A stretch of DNA of 64,000 bases from Phaeosaccion multiseriatum (taxonomy: Eukaryota; Protista; Ochrophyta, other classes), in contig OZ218957.1 in NCBI GenBank assembly GCA_965112735.1, positions 2,480,001 to 2,544,000 on the forward strand, read 5' to 3'. Both the position numbers and the translations under genes were made by a program. A model generated the notes under the pieces. The model was given only the letters and a program-made list of their open reading frames with translations. It made no database searches and was not told the origin of the DNA. How positions within the stretch are numbered: position 1 is the stretch's first letter; each line of letters starts with the position of its first letter. This document shows positions 40,943-51,829 of this stretch, in pieces.

Positions 40943-42381
40943 CCTCTCTGCTTTTACCTTCTTCTTCTCCTTCTCGAGTGCCTGAGTCAAGCCCTGGTTC
41001 TTGGCCTTGAGCTCTCCATTCTCCTTGTGCAGCTCCTTGTTGCGGCTCTGAAGATCGTCAACCATCTCCTCTAGCTCCTTGTTGCGTGGCCCACCGGGGA
41101 CTGTAGCAGGAGCAGCAGTTGGTGATACAGCAACAGCAAGTGGTTGGTACATGCAGCAGCAGTAGTGAAGTGGAGTGTTCGTGCACGGAAGCACGCGCGA
41201 AGGAAGGGCAGGGGGGGGGCGGAGGGAGGGAGGGGGGGACGGAGTTAGGTAGGTAGGTAGGTAGGGAGGGAGGGAGGTAGGAAGGGAGGGAGGGAGGGAG
41301 GGAGGGAGGTAGGAAGGGAGGGAGGGAGTGAGTGAGTGAGTGAGGGAGGGATAGAGGGAGGGAGGGAGGGAGGGAGGGAGGGAGGGAGGGAAGGAAGGAG
41401 GGAGGGAGGGAGGGAGGGAGGGATAGAGGGAGGGAGGGAGGGAGGGAGGGAAGGAAGGAGGGAGGGAGGGAGGGAAGGAGGGAGGGAGGGAGGGAGGGGG
41501 ATATCGACCCCCCAGAGAGATTGTGTGTGACGGTGTGACGGCGCTGCAATACAGCTTTCTGGCTCAGCACTGCAAGACAGTGGTATACACTTCCACTTCG
41601 GTCGTCAATATGCATCATCAACGGCTGATCGATGCACCCACCGACCCACCCACCGACCCACCCGCCCGGTGTGCTGGCGTGACAGCGCTGTAAAGTGAGC
41701 GTCTCTCCCTCCCTCCCTCCCCCCCTCCCTCTCTCCCCCTCCCTCCCTCCCTCCCTCCCTCCCTCCCTCTTTCTTTCTATGCCTTTATCTCCCCCCCTCT
41801 CGCTCCCTCTGTACCCACCTACCCTGCCTGGTGTGTGGGTGCCGCCCATACTGTCCTCTCTCCCTCTCTCTCTCCCTCTCTCTTTCTCTCTCCCTCTCTC
41901 TCTCTCTCTCCCCCTCTCTCTCTCTCCCTCTCTCTCTCTCTCTTCTCTCTGCCCTCTCTCCCTCTCTCTCTCACACACACACTCTCTCCCTCCCTCATTT
42001 TTAGCATGGACGGCACCTGCCTGGTGTGTGGGTGCCGCCCATGCCTCTCTCTCTCTCGTTCTTTCTTCTCTCTCTGCCCTTTCTCTCTCTCTTCTCCCTG
42101 CCCTCTCCCTCTCTCTCACACACACACTCTCTCTCTCCTTGCCTTCCTCCCCCTTCCTCATCTTAAGCCCACCTGGTGTGTTGGTGCCGCCCCCGCCGTC
42201 GTCGTCGATGCGCTTCTTGAGCTTCATGAACTTCTCGATCTGGGCCAGCTTCGTATTCATACTGCAGCGGATAGGGCAGGAGAGGAGAGGAGGAGGAGGA
42301 GAAGAAGGAGAAGAAGAAGGAGGAGGAGAAGATGATGATGAAGAAGAGAAGAAGAAGGAGAAGAAGAAAAAGCAGAAGATC

Positions 42382-42415
<34 letters not shown>

Positions 42416-42629
42416 AGAAGAAGAAGAAGAAGAAGAAGAAAAGAGGATAGGGCAGTAAGCGTGGGCGCAGAGGAGAACGTTCCTCTTTCTCCGTTCTGTT
42501 AAATCTTTGCCCTTCCGTTTCTCACCATCGTATTGTTTGCTCCTGCTCGTTTGCCCGAGACGTGAGCCCCCTGTGCTGATCTCTCAGCCGCAGGTAACGC
42601 TCCTCCCATGACAGCTCTGGCTCCGTCAT
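27375..42629 (-). CDS. RPGRIP1L: RPGRIP1L/MKS5 (fantom)-like transition-zone protein: coiled coil + C2 domains, extended by IQ motif and many EF-hands (~3,105 aa)
   Basis: Fifteen phase-consistent exons: 42629-42526, 42261-42173, 41100-40958, 40668-40188, 39773-39592, 38650-38543, 38022-37900, 37618-37442, 37082-36789, 36535-36421, 36020-35876, 35658-34962, 34540-33953, 33663-28512, 28294-27375 (9,318 nt). N-terminus [25 protein letters not shown]; C2 signature [43 protein letters not shown]; second C2 [17 protein letters not shown]. Confidence 0.85.
36633..36775. repeat. (GAA)n intronic microsatellite
   Basis: Directly visible. Confidence 0.9.
38865..39590. repeat. Degenerate (CCAAC/CCTAAC)n intronic satellite
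   Basis: About 725 bp of ccaac, cccac and cctaac units, beginning at the donor at 39591. Confidence 0.9.
39783..39940. repeat. (GGTGAG)n intronic hexamer repeat
   Basis: Directly visible. Confidence 0.9.
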
Positions 42630-43285
42630 CGTTTGTGCTGGAGTGAGTGCAGCACCAGGATGAGGGCAAGGGGGTCGCCCCAACTGCCGCAGGATCTGAT
42701 GCCTTTCTTTCTAACAAAAGCCCATTGCAGCGGGTCAAACTGCCTCCTCCTGCACCTTCCCCCTCCACTTCAGCTTCTCGGAGGCACCCCGCCTCAACGC
42801 GTCTCTGTGCAGGCCGTAAGTAGTCTTTTTAAAGAGAGGGGCAAGGTTACTGGCCAATTCACAGACCGGATTCCAACTTGCGAGGATAAACGGTTAATAT
42901 TCTCTTTCTCTCACATTTATGATTTGAGTTCGCGTTTGATACTCTGTCTCTCTCTGTGTGTCACTCACTCACTCACTCACTCACGCACGCTTTCTCTCTC
43001 TCTTGGCTCTCCTGGTGCATGCATTCAACAATCAATCCCCCCCCCCCCCCCCCTCAACCAAAATCATCGTTACAACCACGAAGGTCCTGTCATATGATTC
43101 TTTTCTCTTTTCGCTTGTCACATGCCTGAGATCCATGCCACTTCATGCCCATCCCACCCTCTCCCCCCCCCCCCCCTTTCATCCCAGTCGATTCGAAGAG
43201 TGTGAGTTCTTACATAACGCATCCCCCCCCCCCCCTCCTACCCTCCCAATTTGACTTACTGAACTCTCTCTTCTCTACCCACCCA

Positions 43286-43321
<36 letters not shown>

Positions 43322-43484
43322 TTCTTCTTCTTTTCTTACTTCTCCTCCTCCTCCTCCTCCGTGCCCTCCTTCGGCTTCAACACAAACAACCAAGAAAGCA
43401 GATAGCATCTGCCATCTGCCCACCTGTCCTCACCAAGACAGACTGCCTGACTGCCCTGAACAGACTGACGTTTGACTGAGGTCA

Positions 43485-43680
43485 TCATGCTGCCTTCGAC
43501 CTCTTGTCCCCCTTGCCCTTAACCTTGCTGGCCCTGTTCCCACTGCCTCCTCCTTGCTTCCTCTGTAGCACCTTGAGTTGATCGTACAAGACTGCCTCCT
43601 CCTTGGTGGGTTTCAGCGGAATCTCCACCTGTTGGATTCACACGTCCACATCGATTATCGACGTATGTAAGTGAGTAATA

Positions 43681-43711
<31 letters not shown>

Positions 43712-46700
43712 GAAGGAAGGAAGGAAGAAAGGGAAGGCACCTCAAGTGAATTCGATATCAGTTAAGAGAGGAGTGGAAGGTTTAGAAACACTCCAAAATT
43801 CGCTCTGGAGACAAAAAGACCAAAAAACAAAAGGGTATCCCAGAGTACAGTACGTCGAAGAAAGAGTGGCAGAGTAAGCCCAGCACTTGCGTCGTATCCG
43901 CGGTCACCTCCATCATGTCAGGCTGTCCAGATCAATAGACCTTAACCAATCAATCGATCAATCAGTCCATCCATCAATCAATCAGTCAATCAATCAACCG
44001 TCTCCCAATGTCTGTCCCCCCCTCGAATCCCCTCCTTCGTGAAACTCCAAACTCACCTTGACGTTAACGTACTGGTCGCCTCTATTCTTGGGATTGTCCA
44101 AGGAAGGGACACCCTTGCCCCTGATTCTCAGCGTCGTGTTGGGCTGCGTGCCTGTTGGCGATCCACAACACAATCACAGGAGGCGCGTTTCTAAGTCAAT
44201 GAATGGCCCAGGCCCATGCAGACATAGACAATGCGATGAGAACAAACCAACCAACCAACCGACCCTTCACACACACACACACACACGCGCGCACACACAC
44301 ACAGAGAGAGAGACACACCTGCGGGGATCTTCATCTGCACGTCACCGTCGATGGTGGTGACGAGCACCTCGTCGTTGCCGAGGATGGCGTCAAGGTAACT
44401 CACAGGCACGTCGGTGAAGATGTCCGTCCCCTCCCTGCGGAACCGCTTGTCCCTGGCCACGGAGATGAACACGTACTGTGTGTGTGTGTGCGTGTGTGTG
44501 TGCGTCGAGAGGAGTATTTGTACGGGATGAGAGAAGTACGGGGTGGGGGTTGGATGGCAGTGGATGGAAATGGACGGCGGTGGATGAGGGCTTAAGACCT
44601 ACAGAAACGAGAGCACAAGAGCGAGCTAGAGGGGGGCCGGGGGGCTGTAGGGGGAGAGAGAGAGAAGAGAGAGAGTGACAGGCAGGGAACATTCCTTGGA
44701 TCGATTGAGGGTTGGTTCGATCGGCCTGAAACGCCTGAAACGTTCCCTCTGAGAGCGCCTCTGAGAGTCCTAAAACCTCCTTCCTTCCTTCCTTCCTTCC
44801 TGACTGACTCACCAGATCTCCGGATGGGCCTCCCTTGGGCCCTGCATCACCCTCTCCCTTGACGCGCAGCTTGTTTCCCTCGTCCACTCCCGCGGGAATG
44901 CGCACCTTCACCTGCTTGCTCCTCTCCACGACGCCCTTACTGAGAGCCGAACAGCCGCACAATCCAATCCAAGTCAAGCCATCCATTGCCATGACAGCAG
45001 CGAAGAGAGAGAGAGAGAGGAAGGGAGAGAGGAGAGAGAGGGGGGTGTGCATGCAAGCAGGATGGTGAATGCGTTAGCTTGTTGGAGGAGAGGTACTGAG
45101 GATGAGAAGGAAGGGACTGTGTCTCTCTCCTGCTTCTTCTTCCCCTCCCTCATCCTCATCCGCATCTGCTTCTTCTCCTCCTCCTCACCCCTTCCCTCAA
45201 CGACTGTGTCTCTCTCCTCCTTCTTCTTCCCCTCCTCCTCGCCCTCTTCCTCATCTGCTGCTCCTCCTCCTCACCCCCTCCCTCAATACACTCCTCCTCA
45301 GCTTCCCGACCTCCCCCCCGCCCTCCTGCTCCTCCTCCTTCTCCTCCTCCCCCCTCCCCCTTTCCTCCTCCTCCTCCTCCCCCTACTCCTCTACTCACCC
45401 ACTGCAAGACCCGCAATACTCCTCCACTTGCTCTCCGGTGCCTCTGCAGGCAGGGCAAGTAGTCTGCGATTGGAAGTTGCCCAGGGGGGTACGCTGCACG
45501 GCCATCACCACCCCTGGTTACGCGGGTGTGTGTGCGTGTGCGTGGTGTGTGTGCATGTATGTATGTATGTATGTATGTATGTATGTATGTATGTATGTAT
45601 GTATGTATGTATGTATGTACGTACGCATGTATGTACGTATGTATGTATGTATGTATGTATGTATGTGTATATGTGTGGTGTATTTGGCGGGGGCGGGGGG
45701 GTGCAGGGGGATAGGGCGGATAAGAGAGCGAGGAGAGAGACAGGAAGGGTGAGTGGTGTGCGTGTATCTCAAAAGAAAGCTTAAAAGCTTCCAACAACAG
45801 AAGGAAGGAAGGAAGGAAGGAAGGAAGGAAGGAAAGAAGGAAGGAGGGAAGGAAGGAATGAAGGAAGGAAAGAAGGAAGTAAGGAAGTAGCGCGTCCACC
45901 CCCACCCTCCGCCAAGTATCTTGCCCCTCCACCCCTCTGCCTCTCAGCCCCTCGACGCACGCACACACACACACACACAGGGAGAGCAAGACAGACAACC
46001 ACATTCCATTCCCTGCCAGCCCTCGGTCCCCCCCCTCCTCTCTCTTCCTCCCTCTCTGTCTCCCCCCCCCCCCTCCCCTCTCTCTCCCTCTTCTCCCTCC
46101 CTCCCTCCCCTCTCCTACACACAGCACAGCATCCCCCCAACCAACACCTCCAAACCCCAATCCCAAGCTCACCAGTCACACCCACCCACCCACCCACTGT
46201 CCTGACACCCACCCACCCACCCCCTGTCCTGACACCCACCCACCCACCCACCCACTGTCCTGACACCCACCCACCCACCCACCCACTGTCCTAACACCCA
46301 CCCACCCACCCACTGTCCTGACACCCACCCACCCACCCACCCACTGTCCTGACGCCCACCCACCCACTGTCCCGACACCCACCCACCCACTGTCCTGACA
46401 CCCACCCACCCACTGTCCTGACACCCACCCACCTTGTCCTCCACACTGTTGGCACGTGCTGACCTTGGCTCCAGGCTTGACCCCCGAGCCCGTGCAAGTG
46501 TTGCATGACTCAAAGTGCCTAATCCGCACTTTCTCCTCGCCTCCAAAGCACGCTGTATTGAAACTCAAATCCAAGTCCACTCGCAGATCGTCTCCCCTCT
46601 GTGGTCCCTGCGGCTGTCTTCCACCCCCGGGCCCCCTCCCTCCCCCTGCCCCTCCACCCCCGAAGAAGGTCTCGAAAAGGTCTCCCAAATCTATACCCAC

Positions 46701-47890
46701 GCCTCCGCCTCCTCCTCCTGGGTAGCCGCCTCCGATGCCTGCTTCTCCATACATATCGTATCGTTGCTTCTGCTCAGGGTCGGAGAGGACCTGTTGTGTG
46801 TAACGGAGGTGCGTAAGTAGGGCGTTGGCCGTTTCATTTCATATGTGTGTGTGTGTGAGTGAGTGAGTGAGTTCGTGGGGTGGAGTGAAGAGTTTGGAGA
46901 AGAGCGAGAGAGAGAGGAGAGAAAGGATAGGAGATGAGAGAGGAGGGGACGGGGGAGGAGAAGAGAGCGGAGAAGGGAGAGCAGAGCAGACAGCGGCAGT
47001 CAGACGGGCGGAGGGAAACAAGACAAGAGGAAACGAAGAAAGTCCCCTCCTCGTTTTGTACTGCCAAGGGTTTGCTCTCCGTCCTTAACCGAAACCAAAC
47101 CAAAACCAAACCCTTCCACCCACCCCCCTGTGTCATATGCATACACACAACCCCTTAATACACGTCTTACAACAAAGTTAACGTACATTATACGCAGCGG
47201 TCATTTCCTTGAACTTGTCCACTACGCCGGGGTCGGGATTAACGTCCGGATGGTACTGCCGAGCCAGCTTTCGGTACGCCCTCTTCACGTCCTTCACCTC
47301 CGACCCCTGCGGCACGCCCAACACATCGTAGAGGTTCGACGCCATCAGGGCGAAGGCTCCGCGTCTCCGGTTGCCACCGCTGCTGCCAAACCTGCTCCGT
47401 GCGGTGCCGGGTTGGTGTAGGTGCTGCTGCTGCTGACTGTGGAAGCATGTTGGTGCCACTCCTCCAGAGGAGGTTGGGTGGGAGATGGAGGAGCGGCTTT
47501 GTTGTTGTGGAGGGAAGGAAGCGGCTGTGGGAAAAGGGAGGCTTGGGACGAAGGCGGCGCATTCACCGAGCAGACCAGCTGAGGGGGGAGGGGTGGAGAA
47601 GGTGAGAAGGGCGAGCGAGGGCAGGGACGGGGGGCAGGGAAGACGTTGGCAGGGGCAGACGGAGGGTGCACCGTTAATAGGAACTGGTAGCAGCCATTCT
47701 CAGAGCAAGCATGAAAACAAGAACACTCCAAAACCCTTGCCCTTCCTGCGTAAGTCCAAACGGAGATGTAAAGACAGCGCAGCGTAGGAAGAGAAGGCAG
47801 GACACCGGCGGCAGCCCAGACGCCGAGACCACTGGACCCGAGCGTCAGCAGCTCTCTGCACAGCGCTGTCTCGCTTGTCTCTTGTCTCAT
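43485..47890 (-). CDS. dnaJ: Type I DnaJ/Hsp40 chaperone, plastid-targeted (first exon and start codon uncertain)
   Basis: Exons 47578-47187, 46790-46433, 45513-45399, 44939-44813, 44475-44319, 44151-44057, 43628-43485; tentative first exon from ATG 47890. ECAA-FVP presequence motif, J domain with YHPDVN, G/F region, four CxxCxGxG zinc-binding repeats, C-terminal IPAGVD..GPSGDL..IPAGTQP. Confidence 0.93.
46195..46430. repeat. Intronic minisatellite, ~21-29-bp unit ccactgtcctgacacccacccacc (~10 copies)
   Basis: Directly visible. Confidence 0.9.
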
Positions 47891-48359
47891 CACACGTCCA
47901 AGGGCAACACGTGCGGGCTGTGGGCCTCGGGAAAGCCGGGCAAGACCGCACAACACATAAGGCGCCGCCACTGCAGCCCGTACACTACGATTACCCCTCA
48001 TAGCAACGCACCTGCCCCGAGCAATAACGCGAAGTGCCTTGCCATGGTCCCCGCTAAAAACCCTGCCCTCTGCTGTTGGTGGTCAGCGACGACGTGATGT
48101 GTGAGGTAGTCAGTTTCAGTTTCAGCTCTCTCATCAATATCGAACACCAAAATCGAATCTTCTCCTTCCTCCACTTCCCCTCCTCTTATTATTTTACTTC
48201 TGAGCCCTCTAGAAGCCCGGGGCGGTCTGATCCCCCCAGACGGCCGGGCAGACTTAGCTTTGATGCGAAAATCAATTAGGGGGGGGGGGGGGGGGGGATG
48301 AGATAGTGGTCGATCAAACCGAACTGAAACTGAAACTGAACCTTCTCCAAAACCTTCTC

Positions 48360-48529
48360 CGTGCTATCTGCTATCGCCGGCGCCAGCCGGCATGCTATCT
48401 GCTATTGCCGGCGCCAGCCAGCGTGCTATGTGCTGTCGCCAGCGTCAGCCGGCGTGCTATCCGCTATCGGGCCGTCAGGGCCCGATAGTATGCTATCGAA
48501 AATGTGGTTGATAGCACGTCAGGGGTCGA
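48360..48529. mobile_element. Truncated member of the TCG..CGA TIR family (right end intact, left end missing)
   Basis: Four units of gctatctgctat + gccggcgccagccggc, internal hairpin ctatcgggcc..ggcccgatag, right terminus gatagcacgtcaggggtcga. Confidence 0.65.
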
Positions 48530-48924
48530 ACCTTCTTCCCTACCCACACTCTATATTGTTGCTCTCCTCACCCTTTTTTTTCTTTTCCCTCGTCTGAATT
48601 CTACTGTAGCACTCAGACGGCCCTCGCCAGAGCATCCTCCGCCCTCTTGTTCCTCTCGCTCCGCCTGCTTCTTCTTAGCTTGGCCCTGATAACCCACTGT
48701 GTGGCACACCACTTCAACATTGCACGTGCAACATTGCCCTCTTCCCTCTTGGCGCCCTCCGTACCCATTGCTGCCTACACCGACCCCGGTCTGGATTGCT
48801 GGATTGCTGGATTGCTGGCCGGTCGGTCATATAGACAGTGGTCTCTTTCGCTGCTGTCCCCTCGCTCCCACCCGTCCTGTTCTATGCCAAAGTCCTCCAT
48901 GTCTCTGGCCACAGATCTCTCCCT

Positions 48925-49496
48925 TCGGCCCCTGACGGCATTCTGAGGGGGGGTGCACAGAATCCGGAATCCGCCCTGCAGAGGCCACCAGAATCCCAAA
49001 TCACGTTTCCCTGACTTAATTTTACGCACTATCGCTGAGAACACGGCGCGAGCTCACCCGGACCCTGAGCAGGTGGTACTGGTGTTTCCAGACGCCAGTG
49101 ACTGCTACTGGGGGGGTAATGATTGCCCAATGTAGTCCTGACAAGGTCGAGCGAGTCTCTTCGGCTGGCTTTCTGTTCAGGTACCTTGCCTTCTTGGTCG
49201 ATCTTCTTGGAGCATGAGCTCAAGCGAACTTTTCTTTTTCAGATGTCATCTACCGAGGTATGATTCAGAATGAGTATGCTTTGGTGGGGGCGAGGAAGGT
49301 GTACATTTTCTGCGACCATCGCAATTTGGCTTTCCTCTGGTCTACCGACCCGCAGTACCCGGGCATGACCAAATGCTGTATTTCAAAGGCGCACCGCCCA
49401 GAATCCGGAATCCGCCCCGCGGAAATCCGGAATCCGCCCTGCAGAGGCCATCAGAATCCGGAATCCCCTTTCCCTCAGAATCCCGTCAGGGGCCGA
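48925..49496. mobile_element. 572-bp non-autonomous TIR element with 6-bp TSD, carrying a retrotransposon RNase H relic
   Basis: tcggcccctgacggcattctgaggg ... ccctcagaatcccgtcaggggccga (25-bp TIR, 1 mismatch). ctccct on both flanks (48919-48924 and 49497-49502). Subterminal cagaatccggaatccgccctgcagaggcca repeats at both ends. Confidence 0.85.
49030..49350 (+). pseudogene. Frameshifted Ty3/Gypsy pol fragment (RT connection/RNase H)
   Basis: In order across frames: AHPDPEQVVLVFPDASDCYWGG, RLAFCSGT..WSI, YALVGARKVYIFCDHRNLAFL. These match the DAS, LAF-SG and TDHRNL motifs of Gypsy RNase H. Confidence 0.75.
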
Positions 49497-49542
49497 CTCC
49501 CTCTGTCCTGCTGGTGCGTCCACTGCCATCTCTCCACGCCGT

Positions 49543-50958
49543 ATGATGGTTGGTAGTCGTCGCATTCGGCCCCCCGCGAGGGTTCTCTGGCCCCCGATAA
49601 GCAGAAGCCAGAGGCGGCCTGCAGCCGAAAGCCGAGAAGCCAGGGGCAGGGCTGCGACCAGAGAAGCAGTCCTGACACCAAGTACCAAGGACAGCATCAC
49701 AAAGAGCGACTGCGGAGAACCAACTTGTGGATTTTCCATCCCCTTTCGTCCCTCTCCCCTTTTGCAGGCCTTATGCTTGTTTTTAAATATGGTGGGCTCT
49801 GCTCAAGCCTTCTTTAACCTCAAGCAGCCGAACGACCACCGGAGGTGGGCAGTAGAGCAGTGCCGGAGGGGAGCGGAGACTTCGGCGGAGAAGAGTTTTA
49901 TCGGGTCCGTCGGGGGTGCGGCATTTGTCCTCTGTCTCTCTCTCTCGCAAGCCCTGCAGGGAGGCCTTTTACACATTTCTTCCTCCACGCCACTCGGTAT
50001 TCCATCTGCCTTGGGTCTGGCGACTGTTTCGGGAGCTTCCCTGGTGGCGTTGCGCACATCTGAGGCGGCGACTGCTGCTGTACGAGCCACCAAAATTAAG
50101 AGGAGACGCGTACGCTGGAACGTGGAGGGAAGCGGTGGCAATGGCGGGAGGGGGGTGTTTAGTGTGGTGGGCGATGTTGGAACGGCTCTTTCCTCCTTCG
50201 CTACGGAGGCACTAACTCACGGCGGCAGGAGCGTGGACAGGGGCGAGGCCCAAGTCATGGCGGTTGGGGCCGGCATCTTTCGCTTCCTCCTGCGAGGCAC
50301 TTTTTCCGGCATCGCCCCGAGCAATCTCGCCGACTTGGGAGCCTTTAACAAGAAGGCCTTTAGCCTTCCCGCTACCCTCGACTACGCAACTCAGAAACAG
50401 CGAACCGCCATCAACCAGCTCGGTGAGGTCTTTGGTTGCCACAGCTGTGGTAAGCACAAGGGACCCTTCATCTCCGACCACATGCCCCCGGTCAAGGTAG
50501 TGAAGGCGGCCAATGCTCGACTGTGGCGCAAGGTGACGAATAGGACAGTCACACAGAGGTTCTATCCGCAGTGCAAGAGCTGCTCGTCCTTGCAATCTGT
50601 TGCGGTGCGCCTCGAGCGATACACTCTCAAGTATCACCATGGCAGCTTCAGAGCACACCACGCCACGGGCCTGGTGTTGGTGTTAGGGGTGGCGAGTCTA
50701 CGGCGGTACCACCAAGAGCTAGAGGACAGGGGACAAGGAGGAGGCATGGGCAGCGGGAGTGTGGGTGCCGGAGTGAGGACCAGGGTGCGAGAGCTGGAGA
50801 ACAGGGGACAGAGAGGAGGCATGAGGCGAGGGAGTGGGGGTGTGGCTGCAGGGATGAAGAAGGAGAACGAGTGGGGGCCGCCAGAAGTGCAGGAGGTGAA
50901 GGTAAAAAAGGTTCCTGCAGCAACACCAAAAGGGTACTCACACCCGAAGACACAATAG
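49543..50958 (+). CDS. Membrane-associated protein with a CxxC..DH..CxxC HNH-like domain (start uncertain; internal ATG at 49789)
   Basis: 471-codon open frame with hydrophobic segments, then INQLGEVFGCHSCG..FISDHMPP..QRFYPQCKSCSSLQ; AQA-FF motif near the N-terminus. Confidence 0.75.
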   Translation: MMVGSRRIRPPARVLWPPISRSQRRPAAESREARGRAATREAVLTPSTKDSITKSDCGEPTCGFSIPFRPSPLLQALCLFLNMVGSAQAFFNLKQPNDHRRWAVEQCRRGAETSAEKSFIGSVGGAAFVLCLSLSQALQGGLLHISSSTPLGIPSALGLATVSGASLVALRTSEAATAAVRATKIKRRRVRWNVEGSGGNGGRGVFSVVGDVGTALSSFATEALTHGGRSVDRGEAQVMAVGAGIFRFLLRGTFSGIAPSNLADLGAFNKKAFSLPATLDYATQKQRTAINQLGEVFGCHSCGKHKGPFISDHMPPVKVVKAANARLWRKVTNRTVTQRFYPQCKSCSSLQSVAVRLERYTLKYHHGSFRAHHATGLVLVLGVASLRRYHQELEDRGQGGGMGSGSVGAGVRTRVRELENRGQRGGMRRGSGGVAAGMKKENEWGPPEVQEVKVKKVPAATPKGYSHPKTQ

Positions 50959-51829
50959 CGCAGAAATCTTGTGGTCGCCGTGTGGTTTCGGCTCCCCTGC
51001 CCGCTCTCAGTGGGTTGTGGGTTTTGATGGTGGCGAGTGTCTGTGGCGTCATTCGGTCTATCCACCCACCCCTACCCCTTGGCCAAGGATCAGTCAGTCA
51101 GTCAGTCCACCCCCTGGATCAGTGACCCTTTGATCTATCACCCCACCCGGGTACGGAAACTCACAAAGGCGGGGGGTGAGTTTGGGTGCGATGGCCTTGT
51201 CGTGCACGCTCGTAGTGAGTTGTTTTTTGGGCAGTTTATTTGCAGTGGTGTTTAGATAGAGGAGAGAGAAAGAGGGGAGAGAGATAGAGAGAATCTAAGC
51301 ATCCTTTAGTAGTGAAGGGAAAAAGCAGGACCAAGCCGGGGCAAGGAAAGGGAGGGGAGGAAGGGGGAAGCCTTATCACTCGCCTATTTACAAAGGGGAA
51401 GAAAACTCACATGGAAAACAACTCATTATTTATATTTATTTATATTATTTATATTTATTTATTTATATGCACATACATGTATGCACTTGTGTCCCACTCC
51501 GTACGTGTGGACATCAGAACCCTTCTTTTTATACCTACTTGCAAAGCAGGGGAAGAGGCGTAGATACAGAACAAGGAGAGCTGTGTGTGTGGTACTTGGA
51601 GGACGTATGTTTGTAGCTTGAGCAAGCAGAGCATACGTACGTGTCCATAAGTTTCGCACACGGAGCGGGCGGGTGATGTGTGTGTGTGTGCGTGTGTGTA
51701 TGTATGTATGTGTGTGTGTGTGGTTCCACACACCTCCTCACCCACAAATTTTCATACAACTAAACTAGAGTGCGTCAGGAAAAAAAAAGGGATATTCCTC
51801 TGTGCGGCTCCACCCAACTTTGTCCCGTG

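Noticed and set aside
48360-48470. Second CRISPR-like repeat set
   Set aside because: Same reason; it is the interior of a truncated TIR element.
51415-51485. AT-rich island as foreign DNA or origin
   Set aside because: Short and located between convergent 3' ends; consistent with an ordinary 3' UTR/polyadenylation region.
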